Positions 52,140 to 62,779 of a stretch of DNA of 64,000 nt are shown one piece after another. Below the pieces are notes generated by a model. That model was given only the letters and a program-made list of their open reading frames with translations. It was not told where the DNA came from and searched no databases. The stretch is taken from positions 64,001 to 128,000 of the forward strand of contig CAWJBB010000087.1 in assembly GCA_963840855.1 (NCBI GenBank), written 5' to 3'. The position numbers and the translations under genes are program-made. Source of the DNA: an uncultured delta proteobacterium. GTDB lineage: Bacteria > Desulfobacterota > Binatia > UBA9968. Each line of letters starts with the position of its first letter. The first letter of the stretch is position 1.

Positions 52140-53152
52140 ATGAAGTACACACGAAATGTTCAAGGCGCGCTCGTCGAACTCGAGTTGGTTGAAGTAGATC
52201 CCAAAGCAGTGACGCTCGATCCCACGAACCCTCGGCTAGGATTCTCAATCCGCCAGCTGAACGAGGAGATGTGTAATGATGCTGCCTGCACCTTGCTTTT
52301 AACGAGTCAGGAAGACGTCGAGGAACTAAAACGCTCGGTAGTACTCTCCGGTGGTGTCCAGGAGCCGATCTACCTCCGTGCGAACAATGTTGTCGCCGAA
52401 GGCAATCGGCGAGTCGTCGCGATGCGCTTGGCGAAAGAAGAATATCCCGGTAATCCTCGATTCGAGACAATACCGGCATGGCTGATTCCCGCTGACACCC
52501 CTGAGTATGTGGTCCAAAATCTATTGAATGAAATACACCTCGGTTCCGTGCGAGGCTGGGCACCATATGAGAAAGCCCTACAATTGCGGGCATTAATTGC
52601 AAGTGGGCTTATCGAAGAGGAGGTTGCTGAGCGTTACCGGATGACGGCGCGCGACGTACGCCAGTATATTGCGGCAGCAGAGCTCATGGACCGCGAATAT
52701 TTCCCGATTACGAAGGAACCTACAGATATCGAGCATCGGGCAAAGTTTTCGTATTTTCTTGAATTCCATAAGAACACTAAGCTTCAAAAGCGTCTTCAAG
52801 ACGATTCTAATTTAGCTATTCGCTTTGTTACTTGGGTGGCAGACGGTCGAATCAATACCGGTGAGCGAGTAGACGTTTGCCACGCATACTGGAATCCACC
52901 AGAGCTGTCGAGCTGCTCGAAAACGTCGGGTTTGACACGGCTGAGGAGTATCTCAGGCAGCAACATCCGGAAGAACAAGAGCTCTATGCACTCCTGGAGA
53001 AAACACGAGGACGATTAGAATCGATGACCGTTACGGAGCTCGACGAACTCGGACCGAGCCGGGAGCGTCTCCAGATTGTGCTCGGATTGCAGTATGCAAT
53101 CGATAAAATTTTGTCCGCCGTGGAACACCTGGGATCTGAAAAGTCGGTTTAA
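52140..53152 (+). CDS. ParB/Srx-fold protein, paralog 3 (frameshift near 52870)
   Basis: LDPTNPR, AEGNRR, WAPYEK, EEEVAERYRMT, FSYFLEFHK; RBS GGAGG. Confidence 0.8.
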
Positions 53153-53580
53153 TGACCTCGATTCAACATCAGATCCTCGCCTTTTGGGCTGCCAGGAAGA
53201 TGACTTGGGATGGCTACTGGATAGCCGGATTTGACGGCCAAAGGGCACCGCGGGACGACTGGAACAAATTACCGCCGCCACCGATTGTTTGCGGTGTACG
53301 TCCGGACGTTTGGGGTTACGACGACAACGGCACTCAAGTGGCGATAGGTGAGGCAAAAACCGGTGAGGATGTTGACACCGCACATACCCACGCACAGCTT
53401 TGGGTTTTTAAACAAATGCGAGTTCCCACGGGACTACGCTGCCGTCTCTATATCGCGGTTCCCCAGTCATCGGTGCACGCGCTCGACCGAGTACTTGCAA
53501 GACGCGGACTAATAGGGATTCGCGAGATCGTTCGAATTCATGTTCCCGACATCTTTCTTCCTCAAAAGGAGGACGTGTGA
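53152..53580 (+). CDS. Small PD-(D/E)xK nuclease-like protein
   Basis: VRPDVWG ... IGEAKT motif; TAATG overlap with the upstream gene. Confidence 0.6.
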   Translation: MTSIQHQILAFWAARKMTWDGYWIAGFDGQRAPRDDWNKLPPPPIVCGVRPDVWGYDDNGTQVAIGEAKTGEDVDTAHTHAQLWVFKQMRVPTGLRCRLYIAVPQSSVHALDRVLARRGLIGIREIVRIHVPDIFLPQKEDV

Positions 53581-55046
53581 TCAGTAATGCTCGCATCATT
53601 CCATTTACTTACCAGGCTGAGGGAACTAAGTTCCTTATATCGCGACCCGCCGCGGCTCTATTCGACGAGCAGGGGCTGGGCAAGAGCAAACAGCTCATCG
53701 ACGCAGTTGCTCAAGAGGTTATGGCCGGAACCTTAGACGGTGCCCTCATCGTCTGCCCTAACACGCTGAAATCAAACTGGGCGAAAGAGATTGGACGATA
53801 CTCAGCGCTTCCGTATGCCGTCTTCGGCAGTGGCAAAACGGCCCGAAGGCTGGCTTTCTCAAAATTGACAGCGACTTTCTACATCGTGAACTATGAGGCC
53901 GTTGTTCGCGAGGTCGTCTCGCTTCGATCGCTCCTTCGATTCAAGCGATTGGCGCTGGTCTTAGACGAGAGTCATAGGATCAAAACTCCGAACGCGCGAG
54001 TCACCAGGGCAGTCCATCGACTAAGCAGTCATGCCGCAAAGCGAGTAATCATGACCGGAACCCCGGTGGCCAACAAGCCGGAGGACCTTTGGAGCCAGTT
54101 ATTTTTTCTCGATGGTGGCGGCGCGCTAGCAACCAATTTCGACGAGTTTCGGGGCCGTTATTGCTCCTCGTCCGGCGGTTACATAAATATTGATGAACTC
54201 CGAATTCGGCTATTACCGCTCGTGTTAAGACGGCTTAAGATTGATACCCTTGATCTTCCGCCCAAATACGTTTTTCCGGTTCCGGTGCTATTACAAGGCC
54301 GTCAGGCGGAGCTTTACAACCGCATGCGCCAAGATCTTTACCTCTGGGTCCAGAGTCTCTCGGGGGAAAAGGTGCTAGCTAATGCTGAAAACATACTCGT
54401 TCGGCTACTGCGGCTCGTGCAACTCGCCGCAAACCCCAAGCTCCTAGATTCGTCATATCAAGAAACACCGGCTAAGGTCCAGGCGCTAGATCAACTTATC
54501 GGGCAGATTATGGGGCAATCGTCCAACCAAAAAGCAATCGTGTGGACTTCTTTCCTCGGTAATATTCCAACGCTTTGTGATCGATATGCGCAGTTCGAAC
54601 CAGTGCCATTCCATGGTGAGATGGACAATAGACAACGTGATTTAGCTATTGACGCTTTTTACTCTAACCCGCGTGTACGCCTCTTTATTGGCAATCCCGC
54701 CGCGGGCCGGGAGGGACTTACGCTTACCTCTGCGAGCGTGGCGATTTACTTTGATCGATCATTCAACTTGGTGGATTATTTACAGTCACAGGACCGGATT
54801 CATCGACTCTCTCAAACCGAAGTATGCCAGATTTATCTGCTTATCGCCGAGAACACGGTCGACGAGTTTATTGAGTTCGTGTTAGCCCAGAAGCATCGTC
54901 TTGCTCGCTATGTCCAACACGATAGCGATTCCATCAATAGGGCTGACCTCACGCTAGCTCGGCCTAATGTATTGCGTGCTCTGCTCGACCGATTAATGGT
55001 TAAAAGCGACGGAAATGGATTGAGAAGACTCTACAAAAGAAAATGA
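53577..55046 (+). CDS. Minimal SNF2/SWI2-family helicase-like ATPase
   Basis: DEQGLGKS (I), IVCPNTLKSNW (Ia), LDESHRIK (II), MTGTP (III), AGREGLTL (V), QSQDRIHR (VI); GTGA overlap with the upstream gene. Confidence 0.9.
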   Translation: MISNARIIPFTYQAEGTKFLISRPAAALFDEQGLGKSKQLIDAVAQEVMAGTLDGALIVCPNTLKSNWAKEIGRYSALPYAVFGSGKTARRLAFSKLTATFYIVNYEAVVREVVSLRSLLRFKRLALVLDESHRIKTPNARVTRAVHRLSSHAAKRVIMTGTPVANKPEDLWSQLFFLDGGGALATNFDEFRGRYCSSSGGYINIDELRIRLLPLVLRRLKIDTLDLPPKYVFPVPVLLQGRQAELYNRMRQDLYLWVQSLSGEKVLANAENILVRLLRLVQLAANPKLLDSSYQETPAKVQALDQLIGQIMGQSSNQKAIVWTSFLGNIPTLCDRYAQFEPVPFHGEMDNRQRDLAIDAFYSNPRVRLFIGNPAAGREGLTLTSASVAIYFDRSFNLVDYLQSQDRIHRLSQTEVCQIYLLIAENTVDEFIEFVLAQKHRLARYVQHDSDSINRADLTLARPNVLRALLDRLMVKSDGNGLRRLYKRK

Positions 55047-55092
55047 CAATCGGCGATTACAGTGCGCAGATAAACCACCTTCGATGGGTTTG

Positions 55093-56657
55093 TCATTTCG
55101 CCCGAAGGAGTCTTAGGATTTTGCTTACATAATCATGGGCAACCGAGGTATCACTGATCACCTCATACATGGCCGAGAATACTTCGTTGTAAGCCTTTTT
55201 CTTCGCTGGCGCCAGGCGTTTAAACAGGATGCCCTTTGTCTTCTCGGACGCTCGGTCCACTTTTCGCCGTAAGTCAAAAACTCGTTTGAGTACCGTATCT
55301 CGTTCCCCATTTTGCGGCCAATGCTTTTCTATTTTCGCCTGCTGCTTGCTGATTAATTCGCGAAGTGTGTCTACATGCTTTTGCCGAAAGGGAAAATCGT
55401 AAGGCATAGAGCGAACCGTATCGAGATCATTTTCGATCTTCTGTAGGTTCTGCATAGTCGCCTTAATCGAATTTCTAGTTCCGGAACAAGCTCTGCAGGT
55501 ACGGGATAGCTGAGTCGCGATTTTGGAGATGTGCGACTGGAAATTTACATAGTGGACGCTATGTTCGAAATTGTCTCTGCGACCGTTCGGAAGAATATTT
55601 TTATTCACGATATGAAACTCGCCGACACACCAACTATCGAATCGAGGCTCAGCGAACAGCGATGCTACGATATCATTTTCTCCGACCTGAATGTTCCCTA
55701 GCCGCAGTCGTAATCCCCCGAAATTTAGTTTCTTCGGGAGAGCACCGGATAAGCATCGTGCAACACCCACCCAACGGCATCGAGCCCATCGACTCCTGGA
55801 ATTCGAAGAACTCAATTTTGAGAAATTATCGTTCAGAATAGGCGTTCGTGCAAAGGCGTTTGATGCGGTCGCTGCACGGATATGTTCCCATTTATGGTTA
55901 GCTCAATTCCTTCTCCTACTCCGTGCTTATGGAGAAGTTCGTCGATTCTGTAACCGTAATCGAAGTTTGTCGAAATTTCACAGGGGCTACTTGTGATAGA
56001 TACTCGAAGACGGCGTCTGAATTAAGCAGCACATAATTTGATTAAAGAACTTTACGAAGCTGGATTCAAAAAATATGCATATCGCCAAAGACCATGGCAG
56101 AAGCAGTACCGCATGACGATTTCTCCGGACTGCAACTTGGATACGTGCGCTGGCCACTCTGAGTTTCAGAAGATCCCTTGGCTTCCGTCCACTGCAGATC
56201 ACTTCAGTCACAGGCTCGCGTGCTTCGGCACGCCCGCGAACGCGATCCTGACAATAACCCCCGCCCTGCCAGGCGGCCTCCTGCCCGCGAAAGCCGCGGC
56301 CTTCCCGGTTGCTGTAGGGCCTATGGCTAGGAGGCGCTGTACGGAATGGTGTGACAAGATGGAATGGAAGCGCCGTTGTCACGGATGCTGATTGTTTACT
56401 GCGGCAGTCTCAATGTGAACGTCGACACGTATACTCTTGGTTTCCAGCAAAAATGGCGTTTCCGCGCGCTTCATCGATGGCGTCCGTAGCATTTTGTATG
56501 TCTCACAATAATCGTTGAGCAGGTCAACAAGTAGGTCGCCTGCGTAAGAAGTTCAAGAGAGGAGTAGTGTCCTACAAGGGCATCGTCCTTAGTCGAGGTA
56601 CTGCTCACACCCTTCCTGAGAAGGGACAGCCTTGAACGGCGGGTCGGAGACTGTCAT
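55093..56657 (-). pseudogene. GHKL (Hsp90/MORC-like HATPase) ATP-binding protein; N-terminal half heavily disrupted
   Basis: GGAGG RBS and ATG at 56657; across frames IQNATDAIDE, ISIRDNG, RGFRG..GYCQ; intact C-terminal ORF with GLRLRLGNIQVG, GEFHI, ILPNGRRDNFE. Confidence 0.7.
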
Positions 56658-58265
56658 GCAGCCTCCGTCGAACCAGCATCTTGGACTCGTTTGATCGTCC
56701 GGTATGGAGTAGTCGGATTTCTGTTTTAGCTTGAGCGATGCTCGCGGCATATCGACCAGATTTCTTGCTCTTTTTTCCTCTGGCAGCGGTACATAGAATT
56801 CAAGGATTGAAGCGGTTTGCGCTTTGCTTTATGTAAGATTTCTTGACGGAACCAGAACTGGCTGAGCTCACAGGAGGTGGAAGGACAATTAATCCCGCTC
56901 TTTCACCATGGCTTGGTCTTTAAAAAACTATTAGGCCAAGTGATTCGGCAAACCGGCCACACCGGCAGAGCTCTTCATACCAGACCCTATTGAAGATGGA
57001 ATCCTACAGTCGGGATGACACGGCGCTCAAAATGTTGTGCAGAATCACAAACACACGCTTGAAGAATGAAGGTGCACCGCTAACGATTCAGTCAGTCGCT
57101 TTACGAAGTATGCAGTCTGCATCAATCTCAGAAAATATATGTTCCAATTCGGTCCGACATAGGATACGGTCCTTTTGATTTCGTTCGTTGGTAACGCATC
57201 GGAAACAAAAAATTATTATGTACCAATTCTTCGTTAAGGTCAATATTTCGCCACATTCAGGTGATACAGATCGCTTGTGGAATCATGGAAATTGTGAGCG
57301 TGTAATTTGACAGTACGCAGAGACCGATTTCATGGGCATCACAAATACCCTCAGTTTAGTACGGCTTACGTAAACCGATGTCATAGAAGGCAAATTATCA
57401 CGGATCAATGTCAAATCTTGCTCATTTCGCGTAAATACATCGGATCTTTGCATAGAATCCGAGCATCAACACCTTGGTTAAAATCTACTCGGCGCTGGAC
57501 AGGGACTCGACTAGGACGCGTCAGCTTGGCACCAGGCGTGAACCCTAGATCACGTATTTCGGCGATGATGTTCTTAAAATTGGGCGAGGCCACAATGTTA
57601 TTGTCCATGAGTGTGAGGTCTTTTTTCGGTCCATACCGCTCGTCAATACCTCTTACGATGCTAATGATCGAGGTTACATCGCGCTGATCGCCTTCGAGCT
57701 TCGGCACCCCGCAAAAATGGCATTTTCGTACGCACCCACGGGACGCGTATGCGAAGTACGCGTCGTGAACTGGATACACGTACTCAGTCTTGATCTGATC
57801 AAGAATTGAGTAATCCGGAACTAAATCCTCGATCGGAGTTCCCGTGCAGTCGTCTGAATAGAACTCTTCCGCGAAGTCATCTAACTGCAATGCGATTGCT
57901 GGTGGTTCAGAAAGAAGGCCTTTGATAAAACGCACACCGCTCCACTTAGACTCTTCCACAAATGACTCATGCATTAGTGAAGCAGCGATGCCGCCTACAA
58001 AAACCTTGCTTGGTTGGTTCTGAGACGCGGTAATCGCAAAGTCGATGGAGCGGGAAATAGTTTTCCATTCGAAGGAGAAAAGGGTCGTCACGTAGATTCG
58101 ATCCCAGACGATCTCGAATATCGTTTTGTCTTCCTCTCCCTTAATAAACCGAACATTATCCTTGTTTCCCCATGGCCCATGGTAAGCGGCCAGCTTCATT
58201 AGACCTAAAGGCGGGTACTTGTTTTTGTACCCCGGCTCAATCAAGAGTATGTTCTTTTTAGACAT
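56654..58265 (-). CDS. Radical SAM enzyme with putative B12-binding N-terminus; C-terminal part disrupted beyond 57411
   Basis: LLIEPGYKNKYPPLGLMK, SRGCVRKCHFC (CxxxCxxC), DNN, VDFNQGVDAR; broken continuation includes FPMRYQ, IVSGAPSFFKR, IFNRVWYEE; inferred stop overlaps the GHKL ATG (ATGA). Confidence 0.8.
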
Positions 58266-59237
58266 CGTTTATCATTGTGCTCGCGGCCGGGTCTGGCTTT
58301 TTTAACCAGTCGTCCTTTTGATGGTTGGCCAATTAAGAGGCCGGCTCACCAAGACGGAAGTAGCGGTTGGCTCCGTGCTCTAAATCTGGATTTGACGGTT
58401 AAAGCCGAGAGTGGGCTGAATTTACCACAAAAGCTCGTTCTGCGGAACCTTTTTTCCTCTGTAACAGGGTGATTTTCTTTATATTGTTCAAACGGTATCC
58501 CCGTCTTCCGCGAGAGATGAACAAGTCATCCACCAGCGGCTTGATCAATGGACTGCCTTCTCTGCTGCTGCTCGCCTCTGCTTCTCGCTCAGGATCGCCG
58601 GGGTTGAGGGGACCGTCGGCGCCGGGGCGGGTTGGTATTGCGAAATGACGCGGCTCCAGTCGTCGAATCGTTTTCGGAATCTGTCGTTGTTCGATGGAGC
58701 CAGCGACCGGCAGGGACGCTGACTGACAGCTGGTTACCGCAGGGGCGGATGAGCCGAGCAGATTGCAGTCTTAAGGATGTGTACCTATTGTCACTTGATT
58801 GCGTGTGAGGCAATTTGGATGCAACGAGATACAATCGTGCTTCGCCGTTGACCCGGAGCAGGAGGCTTTATTCATTTCCGGATTTGGTTATGACGGTCAT
58901 GCGGTGTGACTCTTGTGCATTCTATTTTCCAGAAATGCCTCGGAAGGGGATTTATTCTAGTATACAATGCAACCGCGAAGATCCAGCTCGGCGGCAGGAC
59001 GCCCAGCTGCTGGCTTACCTTTTATTGCCTAAGTCGCGCACCGTATGAACGGGTGACGTTACCAGGCCATTCCAAATCACACTCGATTAATTCGCCCATT
59101 TTGGTTTTTTTGGACCTGTTTTGGTCGATGAAGTCTGGAAGGCGGGAATTTTACACGTCCCCAGTGCTGGTGTATTGTGGGTGTTGGATTTGGGAGGCCA
59201 GCTCAGTTCCAAGGCTGGATGAATAGGAGAGAAGCCG

Positions 59238-59480
59238 ATGGCAGAAAAAATGGAAATTGTGCGAGCCCTCCAAGGTTTGCCAAAGGATGCCCTGATAGAG
59301 GTCAAGGAGTTCATCACTTCCCTGAAAAAATGCAGAGGCAAAAGACGTGCTGCCGATCGTAACGGAGATACTTTGGCCAAAAAACAACTCTCTGTGATCA
59401 AGAAGTGGGCTGGGACCAGTCTAAAGGCAGGGTTTTCAGGGAGAGATCATGACACCGTCCTGTATAAGGATAATACGTGA
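59238..59480 (+). CDS. Small antitoxin (DUF2281-like)
   Basis: LQGLPKDALIEVKEFI..DHDTVLY; GTGA overlap with a PIN gene. Confidence 0.65.
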   Translation: MAEKMEIVRALQGLPKDALIEVKEFITSLKKCRGKRRAADRNGDTLAKKQLSVIKKWAGTSLKAGFSGRDHDTVLYKDNT

Positions 59481-59893
59481 TCTTCGTCGACACTGGCGCG
59501 TGGTTTGCCGTCGCGGTCCGTAATGACCCAGATCACAGCGCCGCCATGAAATGGCTGCAAAGAAATCGCGAGCCATTGGTTACCACGGACTATATTTTAG
59601 CGGAAACGGCGACGCTGATTCGGATGCGGGACAAAACGGCGCGCGGTCACCGATTGGCTGTGCGAATTGCGACTTCCATACTCAGAGAAGAATCCGCGAT
59701 CTTTCAAAAGATTACCGAAACAGATCTTCACAAAGCTTTGCAGATATTTCGAGACTATTCCGAGCACTTATTCAGTTTTGTTGACTGCACAAGCTTTACA
59801 GTAATGGACAGGCTTGGCATCACTCACGCGTTCGCTTTTGATCGCCACTTTGACGAGTATCCCGGACTCCTCAAGCTGCCTCTAAAAGAATAA
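59477..59893 (+). CDS. vapC: VapC-family PIN domain toxin
   Basis: IFVDTGAW, TTDYILAE, SFVDCTSF, AFAFDRHF. Confidence 0.9.
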   Translation: MIFVDTGAWFAVAVRNDPDHSAAMKWLQRNREPLVTTDYILAETATLIRMRDKTARGHRLAVRIATSILREESAIFQKITETDLHKALQIFRDYSEHLFSFVDCTSFTVMDRLGITHAFAFDRHFDEYPGLLKLPLKE

Positions 59894-59949
59894 GCTTCCT
59901 CGCGACGTAGGGGATTCATTAGGAGCGCGGACGACTTGTGCCGATAACC

Positions 59950-60184
59950 TGATCGCCGAGGAGAATCGATCTCATCCTCGCGACCCATGCTTGGTTCGAG
60001 CTGGAAGAGGCTATTGATAGCCTTTCCCGCGTCCTCACCGCCGGTGGGATTGATCTCTAAACTGGATTTTTTAGCGTCGGCTAGAAACTCCGGATCCTTC
60101 ATGGTCTCCATGAAAGATGTTTGGAGAATTTTTACGCGCTCTTTCGGGGTGCCCGGCGGAACCGCGTATAAACCCGCACCCCAA
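59950..60184 (-). pseudogene. C-terminal fragment of a TctC/Bug tripartite tricarboxylate transporter binding protein
   Basis: YAVPPGTPKERVKILQTSFMETMKDPEFLADAKK; cut off where the direct repeat begins. Confidence 0.65.
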
Positions 60185-60389
60185 CGAGGCATGTGATGCC
60201 GGAGAGCAAACGAAAGAAGCGACGAAGATCCAAAAACGCGGAAGATGCAGGAAGCGTCCCGTAAGATGGACGCATTGGCGGAGAAGTTGGGAAAGTCGGA
60301 TCCTCAGGCAACTATCCGGAAATTTCGGGACACCAACTTGAAAGGTGACCGGCTGATAGCTCAGCAATGAACGAGCCCATCGTCAATCG
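60185..60389 (+). repeat. ~200-bp direct repeat, right copy (mini-ORF frameshifted)
   Basis: Shares long exact blocks with 49474..49678, e.g. GCGGAAGATGCAGGAAGCGTCCCGTAAGATGGA. Confidence 0.9.
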
Positions 60390-60635
60390 ATCCAACCGAG
60401 GGTGACCGCCGCATCGATTGGGGCGTGCTGTCAGACTTAGCGTCAGCGTAGACATTTGCGACGCAAAGGTCGGAACTATCCAGACGAAAAACCCTCGCTG
60501 AGTCCGCTTCGTGCGATTGCCTGGAGATCAAACACCCTTATCAACAAGGACCTGTTACCCCAAACACCTTTATTTTTTTGCTGACCTTTGTTATTGTCAT
60601 CGCCAATGTGGCGATGCCTCGGATGAACTGATCAT

Positions 60636-62779
60636 ATGACGCTGGACACCTTGAAAGACATCGAGAAGCTCGAAGGGGATCTGTGGGACGCCGCGGATGA
60701 ATTGCGCGCGAACTCAAAGCTCACCGCAAACGAGTACTGCATGCCTTTGCTTAGGCGTCATCTTCTTTGCGACACGCCGCCAATCGATACAACGAAGCGC
60801 TGCGGACAGATTGAGGCGATTCAGGCCGCCGGGAAGATGCCGAAACGTCCTCTCTAAAAATCGCGGACTTCAAAAAACGCAGGCGGGCAATGATGCTGCC
60901 GAAGGAAGCGCGCTACGAAGAACTGCTCGCTCTGCCGAAGGGCTCCGATGTTGGGGTGCCAGCCGACTCGTAGCGGCGATGGAAGCCATTGAAAGCGCAA
61001 GAACATCGAGAGCGGACTAAGGAACAGCTCCCAAGGATTACGAAAGTTTGAGAACGAGGTGCTGGAAGACCTGCTCCGCGTTTTCGACAGCGAGCTGCTC
61101 CGCACCGCCAGCGGCGACGTGTTCGGCCGCATCTACGAATACTTCCTGATGAAGTTCGCCGATGCAGGGCGCGCAGGACAATGGCGAGTTCTTCACGCCG
61201 CCCTCGCTCGTGCAGATGATCGTCAACGTCATCGAGCCGGACCACGGCATCGTCTTCGACCCCGCGTGCGGCTCGGGCGGCATGTTCGTGCAGACCAGCC
61301 ACTTCATCGAGCACGCGGCCAGAGACACCGCGCAGCGGGTGACCTTCTACGGGCAGGAGAAGAACCGCGACCACTATCCGCCTGGCCAAGATGAACCTCG
61401 CCGTCCACGGGCTGGAGGGCGACATCGGCGAAGGCCAACACCTACTACGAAGACCCGCACGAACTCTTCGGCAAGTGCGACTTCGTCATGGCCAATCCGC
61501 CGTTCAACGTGGACAAGGTGGACGCCGAGCAAGGTGAAGAACGACCGCCGTCTGCCGTTCGGCCTGCCGGGCGTGAACAAGGAGAAGAAAGTCTCCAACG
61601 GCAACTACCTCTGGATTTCCTACTTCTACAGCTACCTGAACGAGAAGGGCCGCGCCGGTTTCGTCATGTCGTCGCAGGCCAGTCAGCGCCGGGCACGGCG
61701 AGGCCGAGGTGCGCCGCAAGATGGTCGAGACCGGCGACGTGGACGTGATGATCTCCATCCGCTCCAACTTCTTCTACACCCGCACCGTGCCCTGCGAGCT
61801 GTGGCACTTCGACAAAGGCAAGCCCGCCGAGCGCCGCGACAAGGTGCTGATGCTCGATGCGCGCAACATCTACCGCAAAGTCACGCGCAAGATTTACGAC
61901 TTCAGCCCCGAGCAACTGCAGAATCTCACGGCCATCGTCTGGCTGTATCGCGGGCAGTCCGACCGATTCATCGCGCTCGTGCAGCAACACCTCGAACGCC
62001 GCTGCACCGAAGCCGCCGCCATCGCGGACAAAACCGCAGCGTTCGAGAGCATCGCTCGTCGACTCTGCGGAGCGCCGACGACGTTCGCAAAGACCGTCGA
62101 TGACCGACAGACTCGCCGTTGCGCGAAGCAGAAAGCGTCCTGTCGAGCGGCGCCGAGCTGACGCGATGCGCAAGGCGTGTTTGAAGTCGACCGACAAGAT
62201 GGACTCGCCGGCATCGCCAAGGATATGGAAGAAGCCGAAGCCACTACCCAGCGACGATCGACCGAACAGCAAAACTCGCTCGCAGAGCTTCGAAGCCTCG
62301 CCGACGGGCTCCGCGACCTCGTGAAGGACGTGGACCTGGTGTTCAAACTCGCCGCTCGCGTCGGTGGACGCGCCGCGGAGGATCACGCCAACGCGAGGAC
62401 GGCGACGACTGGGACGACGTCGGCCACGAGCCGCGCCACAGGCTGAAGAAGGAACTCGAAGCGGCGCAAGGAGGCGGTCGAACAACTCAAGCACCGCCTA
62501 TTTCGAGCGGCAGCCGACTGGCTGCTCTACGATTTCCCGGCGCCGAAACTGCTGGCCGTGCCCGGCCTGGTGAAGCTGGTCGACCGCGAAAGACATTGAA
62601 GCCGCCGACTGGAGTCTCACGCCGGGCCGCTACGTGGGCGTTGCGCCGCCGGAAGTGGATGAGGATTTCGATTTCGAGCAAACCCTGCGCGACATCCACG
62701 TCGAACTGGCCGACTTGAACCAGGAGGCCGCCGCGCTAGCGGCGAAGATTCAGAAGAATTCGAGGAGCTTGGTGTATGA
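60636..62779 (+). CDS. hsdM: Type I restriction-modification methyltransferase subunit M (many frameshifts)
   Basis: [44 protein letters not shown]. Confidence 0.9.

Noticed and set aside
50041-53152. Chromosome/plasmid partition parAB locus
   Set aside because: No ParA or rep gene; triplicated and coupled to nuclease and SNF2 genes
50041-58265. Assignment to DISARM, Zorya, Dnd, Dpd or BREX
   Set aside because: Hallmark genes (DUF1998/DrmA, ZorAB, DndC/D, DpdA, PglZ/BrxC) are not visible in the window
58266-59230. Possible small regulator or extra gene upstream of the radical SAM gene
   Set aside because: Only short ORFs without convincing motifs; a faint HTH-like stretch near 58480-58530 on the minus strand is too weak to call
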